Assembly (NCBI GenBank): GCA_963779615.1
Contig: CAVZZA010000001.1
Location: 96,001 to 160,000, forward strand
DNA from: an uncultured Nitrososphaeraceae archaeon
GTDB lineage: Archaea > Thermoproteota > Nitrososphaeria > Nitrososphaerales > Nitrososphaeraceae
Reading direction: 5' to 3'
Length of the DNA: 64,000 bases
The position numbers and the translations under genes were made by a program. The notes beneath the pieces were generated by a model. The model was not told the DNA's origin. It made no database searches and saw only the letters and a program-made list of their open reading frames with translations. The number at the start of each line of letters is the position of its first letter. Positions within the stretch are counted from its first letter, which is position 1. Positions 10,337-21,411 of this stretch are shown here, piece after piece.

Positions 10337-11284
10337 GTGGCGTCAATATTGGCAGATGTAACAAACATTGCAGTCACCAAAGAAGAAATAGATGAAGACG
10401 ACATCCCTCAACAAGACACAATCCATTGTAATGAAAAAATAAACATAATTGCACTTCCAACCATCGTTACCATTCCGCTATGCTCAAAAAACGTATCAGC
10501 CACGGTGAAAAAGATAGGGAGTGGTTTTTATAACTACTATGTATTTTTAAGCGCACATTCAGTAAACATTTTTTTTAATGCAATAGAAAAGGAAAAAAAC
10601 TCCAGCAGCATTTTGCAAGAAATAACAAAAGAGAACAAAGAGAATAACAACAGATTCATTGCAATAGGCCCCAAGACCAAAAAAGCAATAGAAAAAAGAA
10701 GGTTAGAATCCAGTTTAGCTGCTGCTACCATTGCTAATCACAATGCCAATAGCATCAAGTTGGGTTATTCTTTAAGCAGCATCATGAAGTTTTTAGATGA
10801 CTTAGATAAAAGCAATGAAGGAAAAAAAGAGAAGACTAAAATACTAATGCCAAGAAGTGCAGAGTCACAAAAGTCAAACAACATAGTAACAAAAACATAC
10901 AGTAATTTAATCTTGGATCAGGTCTTCTTTTATGAAACTGTAGAGTATGATAAAACAGAAGAGTCCCATGAATGGGACAGGTTTTACGTTCTGGTCCGCC
11001 AAAAAAAACTAAAGTCCATAGTATTTACCAGCCCATCCACAGTAAGAGCATTCTTTAAAATAATAACAAACAGCATCACCCATCACGAAAAACAACTATC
11101 ACTATCGCTGCCGCCAACCTTCCAAAACGAGCAGCATTTGATGAATTGCTTGGGAATTAAGACAATAGTTTCAATTGGCCCCAAAACATCAGAAGAGCTC
11201 AAAAAAAGGGAAATTGATTATTCTGAGTCAGAAGAACACACAGTCAAAGGGGCCATAAATCATCTACTGGAAAAGATTCAGTGA
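10337..11284 (+). CDS. hemD: Uroporphyrinogen-III synthase
   Basis: AIGPKT twice, FYET, FTSPSTVRAF; last gene of hem operon. Confidence 0.85.
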   Translation: MASILADVTNIAVTKEEIDEDDIPQQDTIHCNEKINIIALPTIVTIPLCSKNVSATVKKIGSGFYNYYVFLSAHSVNIFFNAIEKEKNSSSILQEITKENKENNNRFIAIGPKTKKAIEKRRLESSLAAATIANHNANSIKLGYSLSSIMKFLDDLDKSNEGKKEKTKILMPRSAESQKSNNIVTKTYSNLILDQVFFYETVEYDKTEESHEWDRFYVLVRQKKLKSIVFTSPSTVRAFFKIITNSITHHEKQLSLSLPPTFQNEQHLMNCLGIKTIVSIGPKTSEELKKREIDYSESEEHTVKGAINHLLEKIQ

Positions 11285-11553
11285 TTTTTTATCAATAGCA
11301 TCATTTGAAAATCATAAGGCATCCACAATAAAAAGGGATTTTTGTCCAAAAGTAAATAAAGTAATTCCATTTTTACCAAACTCAAATATCGGATAATTTA
11401 ACACAGATGCCGGTCAACACAAATTAGAAAATGCAGAAAAGAATAAAAGCAAGATTCCATCGGAAAATTTTTTCTTATTCTCGTTTACTTTCTTTTCATT
11501 TTTTTTGTTGTTGTTGTTGCTACTGCAGTGCCCAAAATCCATAACTAAAAAGT

Positions 11554-11874
11554 CTACAACAGAATAAACAGATTGTTTTTTTCCTTTTTGATTCTATAAA
11601 CTTTAAGGGGTTCCTCAGCAGGAAGGTTAAGCGCATTGCCATTTTTCATGTCAAAAGAGGAGAGATGCAGTGGACAGGTGACAGTTTTTTCGGATTCGTT
11701 TAAAATTCCCCCAGTCAAATCAACATACGCATGGGTGCAGACCCGGTCAGAAGCATAAAACGTACCATCGATGTTCGCGATCATCAGTTTTTTATCACCG
11801 TAATCATAATCAGTCATTTCACCTTTTTTCAAGCCAAGGAAGTCAGAAATATCAACCCAATTTTCAGACGACAT
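11554..11874 (-). CDS. Rieske-type [2Fe-2S] ferredoxin
   Basis: CTH...CPLH Rieske ligands; downstream of sufD. Confidence 0.92.
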   Translation of the reverse strand: MSSENWVDISDFLGLKKGEMTDYDYGDKKLMIANIDGTFYASDRVCTHAYVDLTGGILNESEKTVTCPLHLSSFDMKNGNALNLPAEEPLKVYRIKKEKNNLFILL

Positions 11875-11890
11875 GTGTGTGTATCACCGC

Positions 11891-13369
11891 TTACCTGTAT
11901 TTATAGTGCTTTTCGAATATATCCGCAGTTTCCTTGTAACGGGATTTTTCGACTTCCAGGATCTGTGCCATGACATCATCAGTTTTCAACAATAGTGGCT
12001 TTCCGGTCCACTTGTTTTCAAACAAATAACTAATCCATGCACGGATAAAGGGCCCCATTTTTCTGGACAAGGGTTCGACGAAACCATGAACGATCTCCCT
12101 TTTGGCACTTTCCCTGTCAAGCCCCCTGCTCATCAAATAAAATATCTGTTCCTCATCGATTTGAGAAACAGATGCAGAGTGGGTGGCCCTAACTTCATTG
12201 GTTTCTATCTCCAATCCAGGAATAGCGTCAGAATGCGATCCCTTGTTTAATAATATTGCGTGCCCAGCCAAATAGGCTTCGGAAGCTTTGGCATCTTTTC
12301 TTATTTTAATCATACCCTTAAAGAGCGATTTAGACTCGTCTTTCATTATGGACTTGACCATCACCCTGCCACGTGTGCTGAATCCGATGTGGTCCAAATT
12401 TGAGGACACATCAAACAATTGTTTTTCGGTTCCAAAAACTATTTCCACGTCCTCAGAAGACGCACCAGGCCCCTTCATAATGCTATCTGTTTTGCATCGG
12501 CTGAGGCTTGTACCAAACATGCCAGTGTACCAGGACATTTTTCCATCCTGTTCAACAAATCCTTTCCTAGTGGAAACGTTGATTGTGGATAAATTCATTG
12601 CCTGCAAAGTTATAAACTCCAACTCAGATGTGGGTTTAACCCCACACTCTAAAACTTCAAAATAGCATTGTTGTTTTTTATTCTCATTAGTTTTATTCTC
12701 CCCCCACTCCCTCTCACCGCTGTCAACATTGGGCATGTTTGACGGTGCAGATTGGGATGACGAATATAGCTCTTGCACAATTGTTGCTTTGGATCCCACA
12801 TCAGAAATTACAACGTTTCTGCAAATTGACGATGTACCGTCACTTTTCAAAGAATAAACTATCCTGATGGGTTCTGTAACAATCAGATTTTTTGGAACGT
12901 ATATAAAGAAACCTGATTGGAATGAAGATAACCCCAATGCAAGAAAACGATCCTCGCCGTAATGATTCGCATTAACTTCAAAATGCCTTTTCAACAGTTC
13001 TGGATGCCTGTCAAAAGCTTCCCGCATGCTTGAAATTATTAAACCCTGTCTGGACAAATCATCCGGAACATAAATGTGTACAATGGATGACCCCACCATG
13101 ATTAAGCTTGGAGATGATTTTATCTCCTCAAGTCGTATTTTCAAATCATCAGACAAGATAGACGATTTGGCGTTTGAGAAAAAAATTTTTTCAGGTTCCA
13201 ACAAGGTTAAGCCAGTGTATTTTGAGTACAAAGGGGAAACCTCAAATGGCAATTCGGAAAATTTAGACATTGCTTTTTTTCTTGTGTCCAATATCCATTC
13301 AGGTTCACCATGTTCGTCAGGCAATATCTCACTGTAGTTGTCTTTTGAAATCAAAGATAAAGGAATCAT
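11891..13369 (-). CDS. sufD: Fe-S cluster assembly protein SufD
   Basis: [29 protein letters not shown]; adjacent to sufB. Confidence 0.92.
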   Translation of the reverse strand: MIPLSLISKDNYSEILPDEHGEPEWILDTRKKAMSKFSELPFEVSPLYSKYTGLTLLEPEKIFFSNAKSSILSDDLKIRLEEIKSSPSLIMVGSSIVHIYVPDDLSRQGLIISSMREAFDRHPELLKRHFEVNANHYGEDRFLALGLSSFQSGFFIYVPKNLIVTEPIRIVYSLKSDGTSSICRNVVISDVGSKATIVQELYSSSQSAPSNMPNVDSGEREWGENKTNENKKQQCYFEVLECGVKPTSELEFITLQAMNLSTINVSTRKGFVEQDGKMSWYTGMFGTSLSRCKTDSIMKGPGASSEDVEIVFGTEKQLFDVSSNLDHIGFSTRGRVMVKSIMKDESKSLFKGMIKIRKDAKASEAYLAGHAILLNKGSHSDAIPGLEIETNEVRATHSASVSQIDEEQIFYLMSRGLDRESAKREIVHGFVEPLSRKMGPFIRAWISYLFENKWTGKPLLLKTDDVMAQILEVEKSRYKETADIFEKHYKYR

Positions 13370-13431
13370 AAATTAACCCTTGTGACTAATCTATAAAAAA
13401 AATATAACAGAAGGAGAAGTAGGCGAGGACA

Positions 13432-14841
13432 TTAACCTACTGAACCCTCCATCTCCATCTTTACCATTCGGTTCAGTTCTACGGCATATTCCATGGGAAG
13501 TTCTTTTGTAAATGGCTCCATAAACCCACCTACAATAAGACTCAGTGCATCAGACTCTGAATATCCTCTGCTCATCAGGTAAAATATTTGCTCATCGCCA
13601 ATCTTTCCCACGGTTGCCTCATGAGTAATGGTAGCATCATCCTCATTAACTTCCACATATGGATAAGTATCAGTTCTAGAAAACTCATCAAGCAATAGCG
13701 CATCGCAGCGGACATTTGACTTTACGCCATTTGCTCCCTTTGCAACATGCAATAGTCCCCTGTATGTGGTTCTACCAGAATCTTTACTAACAGATTTGCT
13801 GACAACCCTAGATGTGGTGTTGGGGGCAAGATGAACGACTTTGGCACCGGCATCCTGGTGTTGGTTTTTTCCAGCAAAAGCAATAGAAATAATTTCGGCA
13901 TGGGCGTTTTTACCAAGCATATACACTCCCGGATATTTCATTGTCAATTTACTTCCCAGGTTACCGTCAACCCACTCAACAGTGGCGTTTTCATACGCAT
14001 ATGCCCTTTTGGTTACCAAATTGTAAACGTCTTTGCTCCAGTTTTGAATAGTGGTATACCTTATCTTTGCACCTTTTTTTGCGACCAGCTCAACTACGGC
14101 AGAATGCAATGATTCGGAGGAATACACTGGAGCCGTGCAGCCCTCTATGTAATGGACTTCTGCGCCCTCATCAGCAATAATCAATGTTCTTTCAAACTGA
14201 CCAATATTTTCGGCGTTTATCCTAAAATAAGCCTGTAAAGGTAGCTCAACTTTTACGTTTGGAGGTATATAAATAAAAGAACCGCCAGACCATACCGCAC
14301 TGTTTAACGCGGCAAATTTGTTATCTTCTGGTGGTATGATTTTTCCAAAATGCTTTCTAAGCAAATCTGGGAATTTTTTAACCGCGGTATCGGTGTCAAT
14401 AAAAATCACACCTTGTTTTTCCAACTCCTCATTTAAATGGTGATAAACAGTTTCGGATTCGTATTGCGCACCAACCCCAGCCAGGAATTTGCGTTCGGCC
14501 TCAGGAATACCCAATTTTTCAAAGGTATTCCTTACAGATTCTGGAACATCATCCCAGCTCTGACTCTGCTTGCCGGCAGCTTTAGCATAATAATAAATGT
14601 TTTGAAAATCAATATGCCCAAGATCGCCGCCCCAATTTGGCATAGGTTTACTCATAAAAACTTCATAAGATCTCAATCTAAAATCAAGCATCCAATCAGG
14701 CTCGCCTTTCATTTTGCTTATTTCCTCAACGGTACCCCTTGAGAGCCCTTTTTTACTCAAATAGGCATAAACTTCTGTGGAATCTTTGAAATCATATTTG
14801 CTATAATCCATATCCAATTCTTTCGTAGCCATAGCATTCAT
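13432..14841 (-). CDS. sufB: Fe-S cluster assembly protein SufB
   Basis: [42 protein letters not shown]. Confidence 0.97.
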   Translation of the reverse strand: MNAMATKELDMDYSKYDFKDSTEVYAYLSKKGLSRGTVEEISKMKGEPDWMLDFRLRSYEVFMSKPMPNWGGDLGHIDFQNIYYYAKAAGKQSQSWDDVPESVRNTFEKLGIPEAERKFLAGVGAQYESETVYHHLNEELEKQGVIFIDTDTAVKKFPDLLRKHFGKIIPPEDNKFAALNSAVWSGGSFIYIPPNVKVELPLQAYFRINAENIGQFERTLIIADEGAEVHYIEGCTAPVYSSESLHSAVVELVAKKGAKIRYTTIQNWSKDVYNLVTKRAYAYENATVEWVDGNLGSKLTMKYPGVYMLGKNAHAEIISIAFAGKNQHQDAGAKVVHLAPNTTSRVVSKSVSKDSGRTTYRGLLHVAKGANGVKSNVRCDALLLDEFSRTDTYPYVEVNEDDATITHEATVGKIGDEQIFYLMSRGYSESDALSLIVGGFMEPFTKELPMEYAVELNRMVKMEMEGSVG

Positions 14842-14957
14842 AACACTGTTATATGATATAAATATTTTTATCTATCAATCTAAAACTTACAAGAAAAGCA
14901 ATTTTTTAAAATCGTTTAGAAAGCAATCAATATATTCCTAGAGAAAAAAGCGCAAAT

Positions 14958-15914
14958 ATGAATATCAAGGGAAAAGTTATAGTTTGTGACTCAATAGACG
15001 AAAAAGGAATAAACAGCCTAAAAAATGCGGGTTTGGCTGTGGACTATACACCAGATATTTCCGCCCAAGAACTAATATCAAAAGTAAGGGATTATGATGT
15101 TATTGTCGTCAGAAGCAGAACCAAAATAACCAAGGAGGTTATCCAAAATGCAAATAAAACAAAAATAATAGCCAGGGTAGGAGTGGGGCTAGACAACATT
15201 GACACAGAAGAAGCAAGCAAACAGAACATAGAGGTAATAAATGCAGCTGAAGCATCAATCACCGCTGTTTCTGAATTAGTTGTGGGGTTTATGCTGTCTT
15301 TGAGCAGAAGCATACCTTTTGCCAACAACGAAACTAAAAAAGGAAACTGGGTTAAGAAGAACCTAACAGGTACCGAGTTAAAGGGAAAGTATTTAGGAAT
15401 AATCGGGTTAGGGAAAATCGGAAGAAATGTAGCGAGATTAGCAAGGGGACTAAGAATGAATCTAATAGGATACGATGTGGTACCTATTGACAAAGGCTTT
15501 ATCCAAGAAGTGTCACTAATTACAACCGATTTAAAGACCCTGATGGAAAGTTCAGATTTTGTGACATGCCATGTTCCACTCACAGAACAAACAAAATATC
15601 TGGTGAATAAGGAGATGTTTTCAAGCATGAGAAGCAGCTCGTACATAATCAACACATCAAGGGGGGGGGTTTTGGAAGAGGCGGCACTGATAGAGGCATT
15701 GAAGAATAACAAAATAGCTGGTGCGGCATTGGATGTTTTTGAAGTTGAACCTCCAACTAACAAAGAACTACTAGAACTCCCGAACTTGATATGCTCACCC
15801 CACATAGGAGCACAAACCATGGAAGGTCAAGAATTAGCTTCAACAGTGATAGCAGAAAAAATAATACAGAAATTAATCACCATGGAAGGCAACAACAGCA
15901 CCGGCAATAACTAG
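14958..15914 (+). CDS. serA: D-3-phosphoglycerate dehydrogenase-like D-2-hydroxyacid dehydrogenase
   Basis: RVGVGLDNID, GLGKIG, NTSRG, LDVFEVEP, PHIGAQT; no C-terminal ACT domain. Confidence 0.85.
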   Translation: MNIKGKVIVCDSIDEKGINSLKNAGLAVDYTPDISAQELISKVRDYDVIVVRSRTKITKEVIQNANKTKIIARVGVGLDNIDTEEASKQNIEVINAAEASITAVSELVVGFMLSLSRSIPFANNETKKGNWVKKNLTGTELKGKYLGIIGLGKIGRNVARLARGLRMNLIGYDVVPIDKGFIQEVSLITTDLKTLMESSDFVTCHVPLTEQTKYLVNKEMFSSMRSSSYIINTSRGGVLEEAALIEALKNNKIAGAALDVFEVEPPTNKELLELPNLICSPHIGAQTMEGQELASTVIAEKIIQKLITMEGNNSTGNN

Positions 15915-16290
15915 TCAACATTAATTGTTGCCCTATTTTTGTTTACATTTAAAATCCTTTAAAAATGGTAACCAATGACACAAATATAAACACGAAATGG
16001 CAAAATTGCACGTCTATTTAACGGTTATGTCGATTACTTTTGTTTTTGAGTGCAATCCACGCATTATTCGCACACTACCTTTTTTACATTGAATTTTTTG
16101 ATATTTTTTGTATTATCTCCTTGTTGTCTTTTTCCTTAACAGAAGGCGAACTTACAGGAATCTCAATTTCATTGTTCATATCACCCATAACAAATTTGTC
16201 AAAAGAGTCAAATTTTACCCTAACAGTAAAAATCAATCAATACAGTAAAATTTATTTTGCTATTTAAATAGATGCACCATTCAATAAATC

Positions 16291-16742
16291 CTGAAACACA
16301 CCGATAAAGAAATCCTATTGAGTTGGAGTGATATTTACAAACGTAGTAGAGGCAATTTGCCAAAAAATCAAATCAAAGATAGGCAGCCATTTGGAATGAT
16401 ATGAAACAATATCCATAGCAAATGGAGGCATTATTCCAGCAACAATATTTTCATATAATCTAGGCATTAGGATATTCATCTGTTTCCAATAATTGGCAGG
16501 AAACAATCCACAGCAAGGCACCCACACTGAAAACCACCAAAAAATATTTGCCAATAGATGAAATTTATGACACAGTAAAAACCCTGGAGAAAACAGCAAA
16601 ATGCTTAAGATCAATCAATCATTTAGACATTTTCATGGTGGAGGGATGCAACACAATCATTTCGGCCAACCATGTTTACGGAAGTGTGCTTGATGATTCC
16701 AGATGGTGGTATTTCCATTGGAAGGACGGCATCAATAAATGA
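16291..16742 (+). pseudogene. Degraded purine phosphoribosyltransferase (Gpt/HGPRT-like)
   Basis: Fragments in different frames: LLSWSDIYK, SIANGGIIPATI, IDEIYDTVKTL (PRPP loop), WWYFHW; frameshifts and internal stops; ends approximate. Confidence 0.7.
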
Positions 16743-16759
16743 TAAAAAGTATGACATGA

Positions 16760-16969
16760 TTATTTAAGATTATCCAACAAGTCTTTCTTGAATGTTCCCC
16801 GAGCCTTGTTTAAGTAAACATAAAATAAAGACAGGGCAAAGCTGGCTATTCCCCCAAATATAAAGAACCCGTTTAACGTTGCAAGTGACAAAACCGACAT
16901 TACAAAGGTTATTGAAATAAAAATTAAAGACAATTTCTTTAATTTGTTCATGATCAACAATGCAAACAA
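16760..16969 (-). CDS. Small two-helix membrane protein, hypothetical
   Basis: Two hydrophobic segments and a basic tail. Confidence 0.5.
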   Translation of the reverse strand: MFALLIMNKLKKLSLIFISITFVMSVLSLATLNGFFIFGGIASFALSLFYVYLNKARGTFKKDLLDNLK

Positions 16970-17544
16970 TAATATAAATACAGATCTATTGAAAAAAACA
17001 GTAAAATAAAAATAATCAAGAAACCAGGTTTTTATGATTTATGTTTATTTCCATTGAAAGGGCATGGCAGGTAAAAAAAACAACAACTTTCAAGTTTTAA
17101 ACCCATAACAACCAGAAACAAAACATAATGTGTTTATGCCATATCCTTGCCCTCATCCATATGACAACAACCAAAAGATTGAAATGCAAATCAATAGATA
17201 AAAAAGCACATATAGACAGCCCTGAAAAAAACACACGAAAAAAGACGATTAACCTTCTTATCCCATCAAGGTCGTATCAAAAAATACAGCAAAACAATCA
17301 AGCACCCCCCATCAATCAGGTAAAATTTTTCGCTTTTAGTCCATCCGTAAGTCGCTTTAAAGCGATAACGGGTAGAGTTTAGTGTCAAGCCAGAGTCAAT
17401 CATTAAAGATACAGTTGAGTTGTACAACAAACACAATACAGGTTACTAATCTGCTAAGGGCTAAACGGACAAAGCCGTAAAACCATCAAATGATTTAGGC
17501 CGCATTAAAATTTTGAAGAAATATTCAAACCGACCAACAATGCA

Positions 17545-18684
17545 TTAAATATTTTTATAACTAGAGGCTTTAAAGCTATACAGGTACCGTTTTCTCTCAT
17601 AAATCATCAAAACAATGATTCCTACAACCAACATCACCTCTAATGACTTATCCAATATTCCGTATATGTCAACATCCTCAGGATGAGTGTTTGGGGAAAG
17701 GGGAGGCGGAAGGGTTACCGCATACAGATACAAAAGAATCAAAAAAAGAGATCCCCCCAGTCCAATCCAATTAAGCCTTAAAGACTTTTTATAATATTGC
17801 TTGGATATTAGCAATTTATTTGACTTTTTGATGCGAGGATCACTATCGTCTGAGAAAATCAGCAAGAAATACATGATTCCATACCCGATTTGAATAGCCG
17901 AGGCTGAGAGCAAAAAAACACTGTACTCCAACCTCAAACCACCATGTTCAGGGTAGACAGCCAGGTGAACCACTGCCGCACCCAAAGCCAAAAGCAAAAC
18001 AGAGTACTTTATAAAATCATAATTAGAGATCGGATCAACAGACTTGTTTTTTCTTCTGTTCCAAAATCCCCAAAACAAACCAACGCCCACGACAGCAATA
18101 ACACCAAACACAGAGGCAAATATAACTAATGAAAAAATTGAGCCAAAATTTTCCGATATTGACACGTTAAAGACACCTCTTTCGCAATGACAACCGGTAC
18201 TGTCGTTCAAGATTGTCCTGGGGGGAGGAACTGTGTTGATTATTTGGCTGCTGCTGACATCATCATTTAACACACTAAGCACAATTTCATAATTGCCAAT
18301 CTTGGGGAATACAAACGGAACCTCAAAATCCCCGATGTCTGCCCTTGTCCATGGAAAAACAGAAACTCTTTCGTTAGTTTTTGCGGAGTAAATTTCAACC
18401 ATGACTATCACGTTATGTACATCGCGCCCATCCCTATCCTGGATGCTGAACATGATTTTTGACAATTCGTTTGGTTTTGCATAGGCGGGTTCAAGTTGCT
18501 CATTGACATAGTATTTGTCGCTGATGCCAAATCCTGCGGTATTATAATGGCCCAAATGGTCAAAATGGCCATGTGCAAATTGAGAAGAAGATAAAAAAGT
18601 GAGATAGAGAAACGCAACAAGGAAAGCCAGAACCAATGCTTTGGTGCGGTCTTTAACACTGTTTTTTAGAACCATAAAAACCAC
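17545..18684 (-). CDS. Membrane protein with signal peptide, His-rich N-terminus and extracellular beta domain; end of the cox cluster
   Basis: Signal-like N-terminus, HGHFDHLGHY, CHCERG, about 5 C-terminal TM helices; 4 bp from the ctaA-like gene. Confidence 0.75.
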   Translation of the reverse strand: MVFMVLKNSVKDRTKALVLAFLVAFLYLTFLSSSQFAHGHFDHLGHYNTAGFGISDKYYVNEQLEPAYAKPNELSKIMFSIQDRDGRDVHNVIVMVEIYSAKTNERVSVFPWTRADIGDFEVPFVFPKIGNYEIVLSVLNDDVSSSQIINTVPPPRTILNDSTGCHCERGVFNVSISENFGSIFSLVIFASVFGVIAVVGVGLFWGFWNRRKNKSVDPISNYDFIKYSVLLLALGAAVVHLAVYPEHGGLRLEYSVFLLSASAIQIGYGIMYFLLIFSDDSDPRIKKSNKLLISKQYYKKSLRLNWIGLGGSLFLILLYLYAVTLPPPLSPNTHPEDVDIYGILDKSLEVMLVVGIIVLMIYERKRYLYSFKASSYKNI

Positions 18685-18688
18685 CCGG

Positions 18689-19276
18689 TTATAAATCAGA
18701 CTTGCTTGTGAAAAAGTTAGCTGAGGACTTGGAATTAGATGGCGATGAGTTGAATGAAAGGGATGTGGCAGATGATGGGGATTGGGAGGAGGGTGAGGAA
18801 GAGGAAAGGTGAGATGAAGAAGACAGTGAAGACTTTAGCTTTTGGTTGGTGTAAAATGTGCTTATGACAACAAAAACAAGACTGCTGAATAATACCAATC
18901 CCAACCCAAGATGTGCAGTAACCAAAAGAGCGTGCAGTTTTTCAGTGATTACGGTTGCACCCAAAGCTATTTGGCCCAATACTGCACCTGCAGCTATGAC
19001 GGAAAAGATCTTTGTAGAGCGCTCCGGATTTTTTCCTTTGACCACAAAGACCGCAGTGAGAAAAACCAAAAGGCCAGTGGTTGCAGCTATGGACCTGTGA
19101 GTATACTCAACTAAAAACTCAGCCGAGGGAACTAAACCATGCGGGCAAAGTGGCCAGTCAGGGCATGATAAACCAACCCCACTGGAGCTAACGTATCCAC
19201 CCATAAACATCAAACCAAACAAAACACACAAGGTAAACAGGGAGAACATTAGAAGAAATTTATCGTAATTCATCAT
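18689..19276 (-). CDS. ctaA: Short (single-domain) heme A synthase, COX15/CtaA family
   Basis: GLSCPDWPLC, EYTHR, QIALG, AHLGLG; Ser-rich tail. Confidence 0.88.
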   Translation of the reverse strand: MMNYDKFLLMFSLFTLCVLFGLMFMGGYVSSSGVGLSCPDWPLCPHGLVPSAEFLVEYTHRSIAATTGLLVFLTAVFVVKGKNPERSTKIFSVIAAGAVLGQIALGATVITEKLHALLVTAHLGLGLVLFSSLVFVVISTFYTNQKLKSSLSSSSHLSSSSPSSQSPSSATSLSFNSSPSNSKSSANFFTSKSDL

Positions 19277-19328
19277 ATTATCATCTTAATAATGTTTCAT
19301 TTCAAATATAATTTTATTGTGCGTGAAT

Positions 19329-19661
19329 AAAAAGAAGAAATGGGGATAAGGAGGAGAAGACAGGCCTATAGACCGACTACGCCGTGACAGTTAGCGTTCC
19401 TTTCATGAAGGGATGCACTGTGCAGTGGTAAGGATAGTCACCAGCAGCCAAAGTCGATGTGTCTATTTTTGCGGACTTTCCTGCCATTATGAGGCTCGTG
19501 TCAAACGATTTGCCGGTTGTGGGGTCATCTGGCCCCTCTCCGTTGGTTGCCGTATGCGGGGCATTGTCATCGTTTACCACGTTGACTGAATCACCCTTCT
19601 TCACGGACAATTTTGCTGGCTCATATGATGGATTGCCTTGGGTTGAAGCGCCAGAGGGAAT
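19329..19661. repeat. ~333-bp direct repeat, copy 1 (cupredoxin domain + 3' pyrimidine-rich terminator region)
   Basis: Matches 22088-22419 with 5 substitutions and 1 indel by manual comparison. Confidence 0.95.
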
Positions 19662-19940
19662 GGATAGAGTACCGGCTGGAGGGGCGGCTGTTTGGGCACC
19701 CGAACCAGCACCACCCCCACCTGGTGCGGCTTGTGTTTCCTCAGGTGAAGGTTTAGGCACCGACACAGGTGGTGGAACGCTTAACATAAAGTGCCAGTTG
19801 GCTATTATGACAAAGCCAACAACAGCCATGAAAGCAAAGACAACAATCAAGCCTTTGCCCAAGCGGCCGGGTGTTGTCCTAATGATGCGGTTCTCGTCGT
19901 GCGAAGTCATAATAATATTCCACTCCTGTTCCCAATCCAA
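19377..19940 (-). CDS. Membrane-anchored type-1 blue copper protein (cupredoxin/plastocyanin-like); likely start MTSHDE
   Basis: TM helix, Pro/Gly linker, PHTAT...YHCTVHPFM (His, Cys, His, Met ligands). Confidence 0.92.
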   Translation of the reverse strand: MDWEQEWNIIMTSHDENRIIRTTPGRLGKGLIVVFAFMAVVGFVIIANWHFMLSVPPPVSVPKPSPEETQAAPGGGGAGSGAQTAAPPAGTLSIPSGASTQGNPSYEPAKLSVKKGDSVNVVNDDNAPHTATNGEGPDDPTTGKSFDTSLIMAGKSAKIDTSTLAAGDYPYHCTVHPFMKGTLTVTA

Positions 19941-21411
19941 ATGGATCGATGGTGTTTGCCGGTTTTCCGAACATTGATGATTTTACCAGATTGTATATGA
20001 ACAGCAAATATGAAGAGCCCACTATCCAAGCACCCACAGTCGCCACTTGATTCATCACTATTAATTCCCATATTGGCAAATAATCTATAACTCTCCTAGG
20101 CATGCCATAGAGTCCCAAAAGATGTTGAACACCGAAAACCACCAATATTCCCGTGAACGCCATCACGAAATGGATCTTTGCCAGTTTTGCGTCATACATC
20201 CTGCCTGTTATCATCGGGAACAGATAGTATAGGAATCCAGTAAAAGCCAAAGATATGGTCCCCATCAATATCAGGTGGAAATGACCTATAACCCAGTAGC
20301 TATCGTGGGTCAAAAAGTCCAACGGAATTGCGGTATTAACAACTCCTCCCGCACCCGAAGCAAAGAACATCACTATACCCCCAACTCCAAACAGCATAGG
20401 CGCTGCAAACTTAATTCTTCCACCCCACATGGTAGCTATAAAGTTAAAGATGTGCATTGCCGATGGCGGAACTGCTGCCAATGTCCCAACCATAAACACG
20501 GTCTTTTCTGTAAAACTCATACCCGAGGCAAACATATGGTGAGCCCAAGACCCAAATCCAATGACTATGATTATCACCAGCGCTGCAACACCAGAATAGT
20601 AGCTAAAAATAGGCTTCCTTGAAAATGTTGGGATTATTTCATACAGCATACCTACCGCAGGTAAGAAGAATATGTAGACTTCAGGATGGAATGTAAACCA
20701 GAACAAATGCTGATATGCAACAGGGTCTCCACCCATTTCCGCATTAAAGAATCCGGATACACCCAGCCTATCCGTAGAAAGCATTACCAAAGCAGCTGAA
20801 AAAGTCGGCATGGACACAATAATCATAAGTGATGTAGCCATAATAGCCCAGGAGAAAAGGGACATTTTCATTATTGGCAAGTCCGGATGCTTCATTTTTA
20901 GAATAGTCACTACAAAGTTTATCGAACCCAGCAACGAGGAAAACGTTAGAAACGTAAGTGCATATATCCACATATCCGCAGCAGGACCTGGAGCTTTTAA
21001 TATGGAATATGGAGGATAGGCATTCCAGGTGGTATCTGCAAAACCACACCACAGAAGGACTATACATGGAGGTATCATCCAATATGCAATGGCATTTAAT
21101 TTAGGCCATGCCATGTCCTTGTACCTTACCATAATAGGAATCAAATAGTTACCAATTCCAGCTGCAAAAGGTATTGCCCACAAAAATAGCATTGTAGTAC
21201 CATGCATGGTAAAAAATCTTGCAAAATCGGATTGACCGGTAAATATTTGGAGACCAGGTAAAAACAATTCTGATCTTATTGCTATAGCCAAAGCTCCACC
21301 AGCAATCAGAGATACTACTGAAGTTATAACATACAATAACCCTATATCAGTGTGGTGAGTGGAAAATATTATTTCCCATAATGGCCGAGGTTTTTTTAAT
21401 TCTAAAACCAA
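19879..21411 (-). CDS. coxA: Heme-copper oxidase subunit I (A1-type)
   Basis: TMHGTTMLF, FHPEVY, WAHHMF, GHFHL, GMPRR; all metal ligands present. Confidence 0.97.
   Translation of the reverse strand: MVLELKKPRPLWEIIFSTHHTDIGLLYVITSVVSLIAGGALAIAIRSELFLPGLQIFTGQSDFARFFTMHGTTMLFLWAIPFAAGIGNYLIPIMVRYKDMAWPKLNAIAYWMIPPCIVLLWCGFADTTWNAYPPYSILKAPGPAADMWIYALTFLTFSSLLGSINFVVTILKMKHPDLPIMKMSLFSWAIMATSLMIIVSMPTFSAALVMLSTDRLGVSGFFNAEMGGDPVAYQHLFWFTFHPEVYIFFLPAVGMLYEIIPTFSRKPIFSYYSGVAALVIIIVIGFGSWAHHMFASGMSFTEKTVFMVGTLAAVPPSAMHIFNFIATMWGGRIKFAAPMLFGVGGIVMFFASGAGGVVNTAIPLDFLTHDSYWVIGHFHLILMGTISLAFTGFLYYLFPMITGRMYDAKLAKIHFVMAFTGILVVFGVQHLLGLYGMPRRVIDYLPIWELIVMNQVATVGAWIVGSSYLLFIYNLVKSSMFGKPANTIDPFGLGTGVEYYYDFARREPHH

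Noticed and set aside
5056-15820. Long antisense ORFs (e.g. 5056-5634, 6239-6682, 9511-9951, 15092-15820)
   Set aside because: They are shadows of well-conserved genes on the opposite strand and have no motifs of their own; the same applies to the overlapping ORFs in the GC-rich ADH region.
17343-17390. Palindrome CCGT..TCGCTTTAAAGCGA..ACGG followed by TGTCAA as an IS200/IS605 end
   Set aside because: Only superficial similarity; no tnpA/tnpB remnant is recognisable nearby.
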